Shown here piece after piece: positions 62,431 through 64,000 of a stretch of DNA of 64,000 nt; the stretch's first letter is position 1; each line of letters opens with the position of its first letter. A program made the position numbers and the translations under genes. The notes beneath the pieces were generated by a model. That model was not told the DNA's origin. It saw only the letters and a list, made by a program, of their open reading frames with translations, and ran no database searches. The DNA is from Botryllus schlosseri (taxonomy: Eukaryota), in contig CM119372.1 of NCBI GenBank assembly GCA_051294905.1, forward strand, positions 40,054,001 to 40,118,000, given 5' to 3'.

Positions 62431-64000
62431 TAAATTAAAGACATGAAGTATTGTTTCGCGTTACTCTGAAGTTCAGTACCCTAAATGGCTTGTTAAAATG
62501 TCTGTGTTGCACCGCAAAAAGCAGATTTGGCATTTTTCAACCATACCTATTCCGTTACACTTTCTGACAATGCTGCGAATTCATCATGATATCACAGATA
62601 TCTCATTTTCAAATACGTGTGTTCTGCGTGGCTTTGTAGAACATGTTTCGTATGCTGCGATACGACCAATCAAGATTACTAGGCTCCGTAATGGAAAATA
62701 CTTTCGAAAATATAATTCTAGTTGATAATTTAACTGGTTTTGGAGAGGGACGAATCATCTGGGACTTAACAATATCGTCTCTCACCACTCTACCCGAATC
62801 ATCGCGATTCGTACTTGATTTGGATTCGAGTACTACTCATTGTGCCCAGCCTTAAAACACAACCCATTTAAAACAAGCCATTCGGGATGTTGAACTTTAC
62901 AATCACATCAAACTCTACAATTCCACAACAAGAAGTTAACGTACGATGCAGGTATCAGCATGAGCAGGGTGCGACACAATTGGTGATTATCCAGTATCTT
63001 GTGCTACTAAAGCATTGTAAGGACAGGAAACGCCCATTTAAGCACAACTGAATTTCACTCGCGGATAAACCAGCAGACTCATCCGTGGGCGGCTTGCTAT
63101 TCGAAAGGTCGCGCTTCTCGAAGGCCGCTGCTGAATTTCTAAAATGGGCTGCCTGGGAATTCACAAATGTCTCAACTCGTTAGAGTTTGAAAGGCGGAAA
63201 GAGTAGAATCACCGCATGAATCTTGTTGCGACTCATGGCCTACCGAACCGTTTCCCACACGCCAGATTTACGACGGCCTGTCGGAAGTCAATATGTCATC
63301 GGGCGCTGAAATCCATTGTGATTTCTACGCTCGATAGCGTCCCGTTATATCGCGAGGTCTGACCGTGTTTCGATGAAGTTGCCGTTGATAACGAGGCGAA
63401 AATACGTTACCGATGCTACCGTCAATAACTTGGTTCACGGTACATAAATCGAATCCGTTTCGGGAATACATTTATGATAACTATGACTGGACACAATGAT
63501 GCGAGCACTCTGAATCTGAATCGAGTATTCATTCTGATGTTTTGAGTCGTGCAGTGAGACTCTGCAGATTCGTTCGAGCTCTGAAATGATACGAACCTTG
63601 CCAATGAGAGTTGTATTATTTACAACGATAAATCATAGTTTCGATACTATTTTACTCTATGGAAGCCTTGTAAACTGAATTGAGGGTATGGCCGTATACG
63701 TAACGCGTAGTACGAAGGTTCGCACGTTAGAGGAAATGACATATCTTTGATAATCGTGATCACAGCATGGTCACGAACAGCAATGAAATAGGTATGGTCG
63801 AGAAAGTGACAAATTATCTTTCATGTGATGTAAAACTGGCATTGTGATCATTGTTGTCACAAAAAAGTACACATTTGAACTTTTCACATCATTTAGATTG
63901 TTGTCATAATGAGCGATACTCGACTCAGAATCGAATCACTCAAGTGATCACTCAGATTTTGCCCCAACGATAACTCGATGACTTTACGGGTGCATTTTAT

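Overview
AT-rich, intron-containing eukaryotic DNA from an invertebrate animal. A tunicate-like source is an inference from gene content, splice signals and repeat style. Four host genes can be built by hand from GT-AG exons: RPL38 (- strand, 5' TOP exon), intronless INIP/SOSS-C (+), five-exon ATP6V0B (+) and a four-exon fibrinogen-related (FReD) protein (+). There is also one orphan Pro/His/Tyr-rich first coding exon at 55326. Most of the rest is nested transposon debris: many hAT MITEs with 8-bp TSDs, a 5.2-kb hAT with a frameshifted ZMYM1-like transposase inside a four-level nest, a pogo-like element, LINE remnants and a tRNA-derived SINE. The most interesting signals are (1) six related minimal type I hammerhead-ribozyme-like motifs with covarying stems, a palindromic stem III and a possible loop-II pseudoknot, one with an intact core in sense inside an ATP6V0B intron; (2) a candidate trans-spliced INIP-ATP6V0B operon; (3) 19-24 bp collapsed palindromic insertions with 7-bp TSDs; (4) an N-terminally truncated FReD lacking the canonical Ca-binding loop. 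All calls are from reading the sequence by eye; no searches were run.
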